Shown here piece by piece: positions 51,083-60,411 of a stretch of 64,000 nucleotides of DNA. Source of the DNA: an uncultured Porphyromonadaceae bacterium (GTDB taxonomy: Bacteria; Bacteroidota; Bacteroidia; Bacteroidales; Muribaculaceae); assembly GCA_902491515.1 (NCBI GenBank), contig CABUIC010000009.1:486-64485 (forward strand), read 5' to 3'. The notes beneath the pieces are model-generated. The model saw only the letters and a program-made list of their open reading frames with translations, ran no database searches and was not told the origin of the DNA. How positions within the stretch are numbered: position 1 is the stretch's first letter; each line of letters starts with the position of its first letter. The position numbers were made by a program, and so were the translations under genes.

Positions 51083-52270
51083 ATGAAGCTCCTTCAAGAA
51101 AAGCTCTCCAAGTATACTGCCCCCCAGGAAGCCAAGGCCGCCGGTGTATATCCCTATTTCCGCGCCATATCCTCCGAGCAGGATCCTGAAGTGATTATCA
51201 ACGGCAAGCGTGTTCTTATGTTCGGCTCGAACTGCTACACCGGACTTGTCAACGACCCCAGAATCAAGGAAGCGGCCATCGAGGCCGTGAAAAAGTACGG
51301 CACAGGCTGCGCCGGCTCCCCCTTCCTCAACGGCACCCTCGACCTTCACAAGCAGCTCGAGGCCCGAATCGCCGAATACATCGGAAAGGAGGACGTGATG
51401 ATCTATTCCACCGGTTTCGGCGTCAACCTCGGCGTCGTGTCCTGCCTTACCGGCCGCGAAGACTACATTCTCTGGGACGAACAGGACCACGCCTCCATTA
51501 TCGAAGGCCGGCGTCTCTCCTTCTCCCAGTCGCTGAAGTACAAGCACAACGACATGGAGAGCCTCGAGAACCAGCTCCGCAAATGCGCGCCCGACAAGGT
51601 CAAGCTCATCGTCACAGACGGTGTCTTCTCGATGGAGGGCGACGTGGCCAACCTCCCCAAAATAGTCGAGCTCGCCAAGAAGTACAACGCCACCGTCATG
51701 GTCGACGAGGCTCACTCAATCGGCGTATTCGGCGAAGGCGGACGCGGTGTCTGCAACCACTTCGGTGTGACCGGCGACGTGGACCTCGTGATGGGTACCT
51801 TCTCCAAGAGCTTCGCCTCCCTCGGCGGATTCATCGCCACGGACAAGGAAATCACCAACTTCCTCCGCCACCACTCCCGCTCCTATATCTTCACGGCGTC
51901 AATCACTCCCGCCTCAACCGCAGCCGCTCTCAAGGCCATCGACATCATGATTGCCGAGCCCGAGCGCCAGCAGAACCTCTGGGACCTCACAAACTACGCC
52001 CTGGAAGGCTTCCGCAACATGGGCCTCGAAATCGGCAACACTTCCACGCCGATTATCCCCCTCTACATCCGCGACAACTTCAAGACCTTCCAGATTACCA
52101 CAGACCTCTTCCACGAGGGCATTTTCGTGAACCCCGTCGTATCTCCCGCCGTGGCTCCCCAGGACACCCTCATCCGCTTCAGCCTCATGGCCACGCACAC
52201 CAAGGAGCAGGTGACCGAAGCCCTCGAGAAAATCGAAAAAGTATTCCGCAAGAACGGCGTCCTCAAATAA
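51083..52270 (+). CDS. spt: PLP-dependent alpha-oxoamine synthase family acyltransferase; Bacteroidota serine palmitoyltransferase-like (Kbl/BioF fold)
   Basis: MKLLQEKLSKY...GVYPYFR...MFGSNCYTGL N-terminus closely resembles Bacteroides Spt. PLP-Lys motif GTFSKSF. -7 box TATCTTTG at 51010-51017. Confidence 0.7.
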   Translation: MKLLQEKLSKYTAPQEAKAAGVYPYFRAISSEQDPEVIINGKRVLMFGSNCYTGLVNDPRIKEAAIEAVKKYGTGCAGSPFLNGTLDLHKQLEARIAEYIGKEDVMIYSTGFGVNLGVVSCLTGREDYILWDEQDHASIIEGRRLSFSQSLKYKHNDMESLENQLRKCAPDKVKLIVTDGVFSMEGDVANLPKIVELAKKYNATVMVDEAHSIGVFGEGGRGVCNHFGVTGDVDLVMGTFSKSFASLGGFIATDKEITNFLRHHSRSYIFTASITPASTAAALKAIDIMIAEPERQQNLWDLTNYALEGFRNMGLEIGNTSTPIIPLYIRDNFKTFQITTDLFHEGIFVNPVVSPAVAPQDTLIRFSLMATHTKEQVTEALEKIEKVFRKNGVLK

Positions 52271-52295
52271 GCCGTTTCCTGACATTTTTACGCGC

Positions 52296-52327
52296 GGGAC
52301 GGGGCCTTCGAGCCTCGTCCCGCGTCG
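52296..52327 (+). terminator. Hairpin after spt (cgcgggacg...cgtcccgcg), member of the GGACG/CGTCC stem family
   Basis: 9-bp perfect stem. No T-run, so the terminator assignment is tentative. Confidence 0.4.
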
Positions 52328-52438
52328 CTTAACCAAATATAACAGCCTGACATTTTGCGGCCACGGGAAAAATTCGTATCTTTGAGCCGCAATTCGCGAA
52401 CTTCAGAAGTCTAATCAGATAACAAACTACAATACACT

Positions 52439-53983
52439 ATGGCACAGCAAGACGACGTGTTCAAAAAGATTGTTTCCCACGCCAAGGAATACGGCTTCGT
52501 GTTCCCCTCGAGCGACATTTACGACGGCCTATCCGCCGTCTACGACTACGGCCAGAACGGCGTGGAACTCAAAAACAACATCAAGCGCTACTGGTGGGAG
52601 GCCATGACCCTTCTCCATGAGAACATCGTGGGCATCGACTCCGCGATTTTCATGCACCCCACCATCTGGAAGGCTTCCGGACACGTCGACGCCTTCAACG
52701 ACCCCCTCATCGACAACCGCGACTCCAAGAAGCGCTACCGCGCAGACGTCCTCATTGAGGAACAGATCGCCAAGTACGACGACAAAATCGAGAAGGAAGT
52801 CGCCAAGGCCGCCAAGCGCTTCGGCGACAGCTTCGACGCCGAACTCTACCGCACGACCAATCCCCGCGTCCTCGAACACAAGGCCAAGCGCGACGCCCTC
52901 CACGAGCGCTTCGCAAAGGCCATGAACGACAACAACCTCGACGAGCTCCGCCAGATTATCATCGACGAGGAAATCGTCTGCCCCATTTCCGGCACCAAGA
53001 ACTGGACCGAGGTGCGCCAGTTCAACCTCATGTTCAAGACCGAGATGGGCTCCACCTCCGAGGGCGCGATGACCGTATACCTCCGTCCCGAGACCGCCCA
53101 GGGCATCTTCGTAAACTATCTCAACGTCCAGAAGACGGGCCGCATGCGCATCCCCTTCGGCATAGCCCAGATCGGCAAGGCCTTCCGCAACGAAATCGTC
53201 GCCCGCCAGTTCATCTTCCGCATGCGCGAGTTCGAGCAGATGGAAATGCAGTTCTTCGTCCGTCCCGGCGAGGAGATGAAATGGTTCGCGCACTGGAAGG
53301 AATGGCGTCTCCGCTGGCACAAGGCCCTCGGCCTCGGCGACGACAAGTACCGCTACCACGACCACGAGAAGCTCGCCCACTACGCCAACGCCGCGACCGA
53401 CATCGAGTTCCTCATGCCCTTCGGTTTCAAGGAAGTGGAAGGAATCCACTCCCGCACCAATTTCGACCTCTCCCAGCACGAGAAGTTCTCCGGCAAGAAA
53501 ATCCAGTACTTCGACCCCGAGCTCAACGAGAGCTACACCCCCTACGTCATCGAGACCTCAATCGGCGTCGACCGCATGTTCCTCTCCGTTCTCTGCTCCA
53601 GCTATGAGGAACAGGCCCTCGAGGGCGGCGACACCCGCGTGGTGCTCCACCTCCCCGCGCCCCTCGCGCCCGTGAAGTGCGCCGTGCTCCCGCTCGTCCG
53701 CAAGGACGGACTCCCCGAGAAGGCCCGCGAGATTGTCGACGACCTCAAGTTCGACTTCGCCACCCACTACGAGGAAAAGGACACCATCGGCAAGCGCTAC
53801 CGCCGTCAGGACGCCATCGGCACCCCCTACTGCATCACCGTTGACCACCAGACCCTCGAGGACAACACCGTCACCCTCCGCGAGCGCGACTCCATGGAGC
53901 AGAAGCGCGTGGCTATCGCCGACCTCCACCGCCTCATCCACGAGAACGTAAGCCTCAATTCCCTCCTCCGTAAACTCAAGTAA
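52439..53983 (+). CDS. glyQS: Glycine--tRNA ligase (class II, homodimeric GlyQS type)
   Basis: N-terminal ...FVFPSSDIYDGLSAVYDYGQNGVELKNNIKRYWW and class II motifs. -7 box TATCTTTG at 52377-52384. Confidence 0.9.
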   Translation: MAQQDDVFKKIVSHAKEYGFVFPSSDIYDGLSAVYDYGQNGVELKNNIKRYWWEAMTLLHENIVGIDSAIFMHPTIWKASGHVDAFNDPLIDNRDSKKRYRADVLIEEQIAKYDDKIEKEVAKAAKRFGDSFDAELYRTTNPRVLEHKAKRDALHERFAKAMNDNNLDELRQIIIDEEIVCPISGTKNWTEVRQFNLMFKTEMGSTSEGAMTVYLRPETAQGIFVNYLNVQKTGRMRIPFGIAQIGKAFRNEIVARQFIFRMREFEQMEMQFFVRPGEEMKWFAHWKEWRLRWHKALGLGDDKYRYHDHEKLAHYANAATDIEFLMPFGFKEVEGIHSRTNFDLSQHEKFSGKKIQYFDPELNESYTPYVIETSIGVDRMFLSVLCSSYEEQALEGGDTRVVLHLPAPLAPVKCAVLPLVRKDGLPEKAREIVDDLKFDFATHYEEKDTIGKRYRRQDAIGTPYCITVDHQTLEDNTVTLRERDSMEQKRVAIADLHRLIHENVSLNSLLRKLK

Positions 53984-53989
53984 CAGAAA

Positions 53990-54613
53990 ATGAAGAAATC
54001 ATATATCGTCATCGGCGTCATAGTTGTCCTCGCTCTCGTCCTCTTCTTCTCGGGCAAGAGCTCCTACAATTCCTTTGTCTCCCTTGACCAGACCGTCGAA
54101 CAGAGCTGGGCTCAGGTCGAGAACCAGTACCAGCGCCGCCTCGACCTTATCCCCAACCTCGTCGAGACCGTCAAGGGCTATGCCGCCCACGAGAGCGAGA
54201 CCTTCGAGAACGTCACCCGCGCGCGCGCCGGCCTCTCCGACGCATACAACAGCGCCAGCGCAGCCGCCGAGGGCGCAAAGGGAGCAGCAGCCCCCTCCCA
54301 GGAACAGCTCGACAGCTTCATGGACGCCCAGCAGGGCCTCCAGCGCGCACTCAGCATCTACGTCAACGCAGTGCGCGAGGCTTATCCCGACCTCAAGGCC
54401 AACGAACAGTTCGCCGACCTTCAGGTCCAGCTCGAAGGTACCGAAAACCGCATCTCCACCGAGCGCCAGCGCTATACCGAGACTGTCCGCGAGTACAATG
54501 TCCGCGTAAAGAGCTTCCCTGCAAACATCTGGGCCTCAATCTTCGGATACGGCCCCAAGGCCCAGTTCAAGGCTGACCCCGAGGCTGCCCACGCGCCGAA
54601 AGTACAGTTCTGA
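53990..54613 (+). CDS. lemA: LemA family protein
   Basis: N-terminal TM helix then ...SFVSLDQTVEQSWAQVENQYQRRLDLIPNLVETVKGYAAHE.... Confidence 0.85.
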   Translation: MKKSYIVIGVIVVLALVLFFSGKSSYNSFVSLDQTVEQSWAQVENQYQRRLDLIPNLVETVKGYAAHESETFENVTRARAGLSDAYNSASAAAEGAKGAAAPSQEQLDSFMDAQQGLQRALSIYVNAVREAYPDLKANEQFADLQVQLEGTENRISTERQRYTETVREYNVRVKSFPANIWASIFGYGPKAQFKADPEAAHAPKVQF

Positions 54614-54615
54614 AA

Positions 54616-55176
54616 ATGAAGAAAATCCTCTTTTTCATCACTCTTCTCGGCACCCTCGCCGCTGTGGTCGCCTGCAACGACGACGAACAGTCGACGTGGG
54701 ACAAGTACGCCGACTGGCGCGAGCTCAACAACGCATGGCTCGCCGAGCTTCAGGCCAAGACCAACGCAGACGGCACTCCTTACTATAAGGTAGTCGTCCC
54801 CCAGTGGAATCCCGCGAACTTCATCCTCATCCACTACTTCAACGACCGCGCGGAGACCGAGGGCAAGCTCTCGCCTCTCTACACCAGCTACACCGACACG
54901 CGCTACGTCGTCCACAACTGTCAGGGCCTCGGCATCGACTCCTCCACCCTCCTCACCAACGCCGGAGTGAAGGGAATCTACCGCAGCCAGGTGTCGGCCA
55001 ACGTTCAGGGATTCTCCGCGGCAGTCATGGACATGCGCTGCGGCGACACCGCCGAAGTCATCGTGCCCTACGGCCTCGCCTACGGAGCCCAGGAGCGCGG
55101 CATCATCAAGCCCTACTCCACTCTCCGCTTCAATATCCGCCTCGTGGACATTCCTTACTACGAGACTATCCCCTGA
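54616..55176 (+). CDS. FKBP-type peptidyl-prolyl cis-trans isomerase lipoprotein
   Basis: Lipoprotein signal MKKILFFITLLGTLAAVVAC. C-terminal FKBP domain (VIVPYGLAYG...LRFNIRLVDI). Confidence 0.7.
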   Translation: MKKILFFITLLGTLAAVVACNDDEQSTWDKYADWRELNNAWLAELQAKTNADGTPYYKVVVPQWNPANFILIHYFNDRAETEGKLSPLYTSYTDTRYVVHNCQGLGIDSSTLLTNAGVKGIYRSQVSANVQGFSAAVMDMRCGDTAEVIVPYGLAYGAQERGIIKPYSTLRFNIRLVDIPYYETIP

Positions 55177-55311
55177 CCCGAAGAGCGGCAGTACTGCGGA
55201 TTATTCCGGGACACTCCATTCCTGACGAACTGATTTTAAATTCTTACTGTAAGGACGCACGGTTCGTGCGTCCTTTTCGATGTATCACGTGACTTTCCCT
55301 GATTTCGGATT

Positions 55312-56190
55312 ATGAGCAAATCCGGCAAAGGTTTCATTCTCGGCGTCGTCGCAGCTGTAAGCTACGGCACAAATCCCCTTTTCGCTGTGCCCCTCTATGC
55401 CTCCGGGATGTCAACGGAATCGGTTCTGTTCTACCGCTACGGCTTCGCCACCCTTATTCTCGCGGCGATAATGCTCATTCGCGGCGAGAGCTTCCGCCTG
55501 CCCCGTCGCGCCCTTCTCCCCATGGCCGCGATGGGCATCGTCTTCGCCCTCTCCTCCCTCCTCCTCTTCGAGGCGTACAGGCATATGGACGTCGGCATCG
55601 CGTCGACCCTCCTTTTCATGGAGCCCGTATTCCTCGCGCTGATTATGCGCGTGGTCTATCACGAACACCTCTCCACGGGCACCGTCGCCTCCATCGCAAT
55701 CTGCGTCCTCGGCATAATCCTCCTCTGCAACCCGGGCCCGGGCGCCAGAGTCACGGACACTGGAGTCCTGCTCGTAATGCTCTCCGCAATCGCTTACGGC
55801 ATCTACATGGCCATGGTCAACAAGTCGGCCGCCGGGCGGCTCCCGGGCATGCCCCTGACCTTCTACTCCCTCCTTTTCGGAATGACGGTCTTCGCATTCG
55901 CCACGCGGGGCTTCACCGCCGTGCAGCCCGTGAGTCCTGACATCGTGAGCATTGTCTGCGTGGCGGGAATAGCCGTCGTGCCCACAATCGTCTCGCTCGT
56001 GGCCGTAAACGTGGCCATTCAGGACATAGGCGCTGTCCCCGTCTCCATCCTCGGTGCCCTCGAGCCAATCACGGGCGCCCTCGTCGGCGTCCTTCTCTTC
56101 GGAGAAGTGCTCACTCCGAGAGGAGCGGCCGGAATGGTCCTCATCATCGGAGCCGTCATGCTCCTCGTCTACAGCAAGCGCAGGAAATGA
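55312..56190 (+). CDS. DMT superfamily transporter (EamA family)
   Basis: Ten TM helices, two EamA repeats. Confidence 0.8.
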   Translation: MSKSGKGFILGVVAAVSYGTNPLFAVPLYASGMSTESVLFYRYGFATLILAAIMLIRGESFRLPRRALLPMAAMGIVFALSSLLLFEAYRHMDVGIASTLLFMEPVFLALIMRVVYHEHLSTGTVASIAICVLGIILLCNPGPGARVTDTGVLLVMLSAIAYGIYMAMVNKSAAGRLPGMPLTFYSLLFGMTVFAFATRGFTAVQPVSPDIVSIVCVAGIAVVPTIVSLVAVNVAIQDIGAVPVSILGALEPITGALVGVLLFGEVLTPRGAAGMVLIIGAVMLLVYSKRRK

Positions 56191-57329
56191 ATCTCCATCT
56201 CTTCAATCCCGAGAACGACCTCGCCCTCGCCCGCGACCTTGCCAACTACACGGCTCCTCCGGCCGCCGTCGCGCTCGCGCGTGCAGGAGCCGTCCTCCCC
56301 CTATGGTACGGCGAGCCCGGGGACTCCTTCGTCTGCGACGGACTGAACGCCGGCTGGCTCAGGCGCATGACCGACACTTTCGGCCTCCGGACGCGTCTCT
56401 GGGACCATTCCGGCGCTGGTATCACACCTGCGCCCTGGGGATGGTCAAAGGCCGTGCGAAGCCGTTTCAAAAACCTCGGTTTCGGCCCGGAAACACTGCC
56501 TTCCGACGAAATCCTCGACCGCCTGCGCCTCCTCTCAAGCCGCCGGAGCGCCTGCTTTCTCGGCGCAGACCTCGCCCGGGCAGGTCTGATGCGCCCAGCG
56601 TTCGTCCCTCGCGAAATCTCGTCTCTCCCTCAGGCGAAGGAATATTGCCGGGAGTACCCCGACGCCCTTTTCAAGCTTCCCTGGTCGTCGAGCGGAAGAG
56701 GACAGATCCGCGTAAACAGCGAGGCCGCCTTCGACGCACGCGCCACGGCCATCGAAGGCGCTCTCCGCCGCTACGGCTTCCTCACCGCCGAACCCTTCCA
56801 CCGCGACAAGGCCCTCGACCTTGCCCTGCTCTTCACAGCCCGTACATCCGGCGCAGTCACCCCTGCCGGCATATCACTTTTCCGAACTTTCCCTAACGGC
56901 GACTACGCCGGAAACATCCTCGCCTCCGACGAAGACCTGCTCCGCTCAATCGACAGCCCCTTCGGCATCGCCGGCACGCTCGGGGCTATAAGCCACAGGC
57001 TTTGCGAATCCCTCGGGACCCTCCTCGGGGGCGACTACTCCGGTCCTCTCGGTGTCGACATGATGGTGCTCCGCAGCGGCGAGACCGTCCCGTGCGTCGA
57101 ACTGAACCTCCGCATGACAATGGGCCACGTCGCCCGCCACTTCCACGACCGCTTCTGCGCGCAGGACTCCACCGGTCTTTTCTCCATTTCCTCCCTGAAG
57201 CCTGATGCTCCCGGCGAGCCGGAGATCTCGGGCGGACGCCTTGTCCGCGGCGACCTAAGGCTCAATCCTCCCGGACCCGCAATTGCCTTTACCGCCTCAG
57301 TTGACACCGGCAAAATTGTTCTCATCTGA
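56187..57329 (+). CDS. Hypothetical protein, possible ATP-grasp fold, translationally coupled to the EamA transporter
   Basis: Start ATG overlaps the transporter stop (ATGA). Segment ALFKLPWSSSGRGQIRV resembles an ATP-grasp glycine-rich loop. No confident family. Confidence 0.35.
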   Translation: MNLHLFNPENDLALARDLANYTAPPAAVALARAGAVLPLWYGEPGDSFVCDGLNAGWLRRMTDTFGLRTRLWDHSGAGITPAPWGWSKAVRSRFKNLGFGPETLPSDEILDRLRLLSSRRSACFLGADLARAGLMRPAFVPREISSLPQAKEYCREYPDALFKLPWSSSGRGQIRVNSEAAFDARATAIEGALRRYGFLTAEPFHRDKALDLALLFTARTSGAVTPAGISLFRTFPNGDYAGNILASDEDLLRSIDSPFGIAGTLGAISHRLCESLGTLLGGDYSGPLGVDMMVLRSGETVPCVELNLRMTMGHVARHFHDRFCAQDSTGLFSISSLKPDAPGEPEISGGRLVRGDLRLNPPGPAIAFTASVDTGKIVLI

Positions 57330-57354
57330 AAATACACTGTATTGATTTTTTTTG

Positions 57355-57362
57355 TAAATTTG
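57355..57362 (+). promoter_or_regulatory. -7 element TAAATTTG upstream of the GH57 gene
   Basis: TAnnTTTG match about 60 nt upstream of ATG 57425. Confidence 0.4.
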
Positions 57363-57424
57363 CCTTCGGATTATATCCGCCGTACTTACTTACTATTTTA
57401 ATCAATCTTTTACCAAAACTCACC

Positions 57425-59803
57425 ATGAAAAAAGCAATTTTGGGTGCGGCTCTGCTGGCTTGCCTTTCCGCAGGAGCGCAGCAGCCTAAGATCTACATTG
57501 CCTTCCAATGGCACATGCACCAGCCGATCTACACCCCCGGCGAGACAGTTCTCGAAACCCACGAGGGAGGCTCCCTCAGCTACGACCTCCTCGACGTCTT
57601 CACATCACGCACCGGCGCCTACACCAACTGGCCCGCGCAGGCCGTCGACAAGCTCATTGCCGCAAATCTCCCCGGAGGCGCGCAGGTGTCCTTCTCCGGC
57701 TCCCTCGTCGAGAACCTCAACGTAATCGAGAAATCCACAAGCCACTTCCAGAACTGGAAAAAACACTGGACCGACTTCGTCTCCAAGAAAACCGACCTCG
57801 GCAACCAGCGAATCGACATGGTAGGCTTCGGCTACTACCATCCCCTCATGGCTCTCATCGACGAGGAGGACGCCCGCAAGCAGATTCAGAAACACCGCGA
57901 GTGCTTCGCCGAGAACTTCCCCGGCATGGCATATTCCAAAGGCATCTTCCCGCCTGAGAACGCCTTCGAGGAGCACATGATTCCCGCTCTCGTAAAAGAA
58001 GGCATCGAGTGGGCCATGGTCGACAACTCCCACTTCGACCGCACAGCCAAAAACTACCCCTGGGTAAAGGGCTTCTCCATGGTCGAGCCCAACAAGGCCG
58101 ACGTTCTCAACGATAATCCCGCCGACTGGACCCACATCGACGGACTCTACTGCCCCGGACAGATTTCCGCCGGATGGGGCCACCGGCCCCACTGGATGAA
58201 GTACGTCGACCCCACAGACGGACACGAGTACAAAATGATTGCCGTGCCCACCTCCCTCGTCTTCGGCAATGAGGACGGCCGCGGCGGCTTCGGCGCTCTC
58301 CAGTACGAGAAGTGCATCAGCCAGCTCGAGGCCTTCAACGACGACCCCGAACACCCCATCCTCGTTGTCCTCCACCACGACGGCGACAACCACGGCGGCG
58401 GCTCAGCAAGCTACTACGGCTCGAACTTCCAGAACTTCGTCGACTGGCTCAGGGCAAACCCCGACCGCTTCGAATGCACCACCATCCAGGACTACCTCGA
58501 CCGCTTCCCGCCCGAGGACAACGACATAATCCACGTCGAGAGCGGCAGCTGGTGGGGAGCCGGAGCTGACCCCGAATTCCTCAAGTGGAACGGCGACAAA
58601 GGCACATACGCCGGAGCTTCCGAGCCCTACAGCCCCGACCACAACAGCTGGGGAATCATCACCGCCGCCTCCAACCACGTGAAGACCGCCGCCGCCATTG
58701 CCCCCGACAATGCCGACGTCCGCGCCGCCTGGAACGAGCTCATGTGCGGCGAGACAAGCTGCTACTGGTACTGGGACGGCACCGAGGAATGGGACTCCAA
58801 GCCCGCCACCGCCGCTAACCTCGCTGTAGCCAAAGTAGCCTCCGTCCTCGCCTCCGGCGCCGACAAGACCGGCCCCTCCATCTACCATCCCCAGCGCGAA
58901 CCCTACAACCCCGGCGCCACCGAATGGGGAATCGTACAGTCCTCCGACTTCACCGTCTGGAGCTACGTCTACGACCTCAGCGGCCTCGCCTCCGTCAAGC
59001 TCAAGTACCGCCTCGACAAAGACGGCGTCAACCCCCTCGCCTCCAACCAGAACGAGACATACGCAGGCGGCGACGAAGTAGGCCCCTGGCAGGAAATCGA
59101 GATGACAGGCAAGACCATCGCTTCCATCACAAATCCCCTCCCCGCACACAAGGCTCAGGAATTCTCCGCAAAGGTCCAGGGAGTCAAGGACGCACTCGTC
59201 GACTACTACATCGAGGCAACCGACGCCAAAGGCAACGTAGCCCGTTCCCAGATTCTCCACGTATACGTAGGCAACGGCAACGGCTCCGATCCCATCGACC
59301 CGGAGGACCCCGACAAGCCCTCGGTACTCGGCTCATACACCGTATCCCCCGCACAGCCCACCGTGGACGACGTAATCACCATCACGGCCTCCAACGGCCG
59401 CGAAGGCATCATCCTCCACTGGGGTGTGAATAAATTCGAGAAACCCATCCAGGCATACCTCCCCGACGGTTCCACATACCATACCGACGGAAAAGCAGCC
59501 CGCACCCCCTTCACCCGCAATGCCGAAGGCAAATACGAAGTAAAGATCGGCCCCTTCAACAACCCCGAACAGGCCGTCAGCTACATCAGCTTCGTCACCA
59601 ACACCGGCAGCCAGTGGGACAACAACGGCGGAAGCGACTACCGCATCAACCTCAACCGCCCGACCGGCATTGACGCCGTAGAGGCTCCCGCCGACGCTCC
59701 CGCCGAATATTACACCCTCCAGGGCGTACGCGTCGACAGCCCCACCTCCGGCATCTACCTCTGCCGCAAAGGCGCCAAAGTCACGAAAGTAATCATCCGC
59801 TGA
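57425..59803 (+). CDS. GH57 family alpha-glucan-active enzyme with C-terminal beta-rich extension and T9SS sorting domain
   Basis: Signal peptide. GH57 N-terminal region IAFQWHMHQPIY...GFGYYHPLMALIDEED...GIFPPENAF...GIEWAMVD. C-terminus YYTLQGVRVDSPTSGIYLCRKGAKVTKVIIR parallels the 18..1733 protein. Confidence 0.65.
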   Translation: MKKAILGAALLACLSAGAQQPKIYIAFQWHMHQPIYTPGETVLETHEGGSLSYDLLDVFTSRTGAYTNWPAQAVDKLIAANLPGGAQVSFSGSLVENLNVIEKSTSHFQNWKKHWTDFVSKKTDLGNQRIDMVGFGYYHPLMALIDEEDARKQIQKHRECFAENFPGMAYSKGIFPPENAFEEHMIPALVKEGIEWAMVDNSHFDRTAKNYPWVKGFSMVEPNKADVLNDNPADWTHIDGLYCPGQISAGWGHRPHWMKYVDPTDGHEYKMIAVPTSLVFGNEDGRGGFGALQYEKCISQLEAFNDDPEHPILVVLHHDGDNHGGGSASYYGSNFQNFVDWLRANPDRFECTTIQDYLDRFPPEDNDIIHVESGSWWGAGADPEFLKWNGDKGTYAGASEPYSPDHNSWGIITAASNHVKTAAAIAPDNADVRAAWNELMCGETSCYWYWDGTEEWDSKPATAANLAVAKVASVLASGADKTGPSIYHPQREPYNPGATEWGIVQSSDFTVWSYVYDLSGLASVKLKYRLDKDGVNPLASNQNETYAGGDEVGPWQEIEMTGKTIASITNPLPAHKAQEFSAKVQGVKDALVDYYIEATDAKGNVARSQILHVYVGNGNGSDPIDPEDPDKPSVLGSYTVSPAQPTVDDVITITASNGREGIILHWGVNKFEKPIQAYLPDGSTYHTDGKAARTPFTRNAEGKYEVKIGPFNNPEQAVSYISFVTNTGSQWDNNGGSDYRINLNRPTGIDAVEAPADAPAEYYTLQGVRVDSPTSGIYLCRKGAKVTKVIIR

Positions 59804-59827
59804 TCCCAACCCTCCCCCACCCAATAG

Positions 59828-59861
59828 CCGCGCCCGGTTGGCGCGGCTATTTTTTCATCTC
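59828..59861 (+). terminator. Rho-independent terminator (aatagccgcgcc-cggt-tggcgcggctatt then T-run)
   Basis: 12-bp stem with T-run just after the GH57 stop. Confidence 0.6.
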
Positions 59862-59931
59862 AATGATTCAATACCTCGTTGAAAATAATGTTGGACCAAT
59901 GTTGCAGAACGGCAAAATCAATAATCGAATT

Positions 59932-60010
59932 GTAAGGACGCACGGCTCGTGCGTCGGGATAACCACCTAATGTGCAGGGCGTTGCCAACGGACGCACGAG
60001 CCGTGCATTA
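59932..60010 (+). repeat. Pair of inverted REP-like hairpins (GGACGCACGGCTCGTGCGTC ... GGACGCACGAGCCGTGCAT)
   Basis: The second copy is the reverse complement of the first with the loop inverted. The same hairpin (GTAAGGACGCACGGtTCGTGCGTCC) is present at 55249-55276. Confidence 0.6.
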
Positions 60011-60250
60011 CGAGGTTCTGCGACACCCCCCCAAAAAATCCCTGTCCGATAAGTCCGAGCAGGCTTAGCCTCGTCCGAGCCTTCTGGTCCAAGTGGCAGA
60101 GCATCAGCTCTGCGTGTAACCCGGGCGCCCAAAGGCGGCAGCGAAGCGCCCCGCCTCCCCTATCGACTGAAAACCACTGCCTTCTGTGTGCCCGAATAAA
60201 ATTTCCGCAAAAAACTCCCCGAAAAATTTGGCAGACTCAAAAATAATTCC

Positions 60251-60258
60251 TAACTTTG
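60251..60258 (+). promoter_or_regulatory. -7 element TAACTTTG upstream of tRNA-Phe
   Basis: TAnnTTTG match about 40 nt upstream of the tRNA. Confidence 0.45.
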
Positions 60259-60299
60259 CATCGCAAAACCGAGGAACACACCTCCGGGGCGTGCAAAAA

Positions 60300-60372
60300 G
60301 GTGCCATAGCTCAGTTGGTAGAGCAAAGGACTGAAAATCCTTGTGTCACTGGTTCGATTCCCGTTGGCACCA
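60300..60372 (+). tRNA. tRNA-Phe (anticodon GAA)
   Basis: GGTGCCATAGCTCAGTTGGTAGAGC...GGACTGAAAATCC...TGGCACC with perfect acceptor stem. Followed by hairpin terminator aaaagaccgctaa...ttagcggtctttt at 60375-60415. Confidence 0.85.
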
Positions 60373-60411
60373 CAAAAGACCGCTAATTCTCATAGAGTTA
60401 GCGGTCTTTTG

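Noticed and set aside
51071-51715. 214-aa minus-strand ORF overlapping the start of the spt-like gene.
   Set aside because: It lies entirely antisense to a strongly supported PLP enzyme gene and has no motifs.
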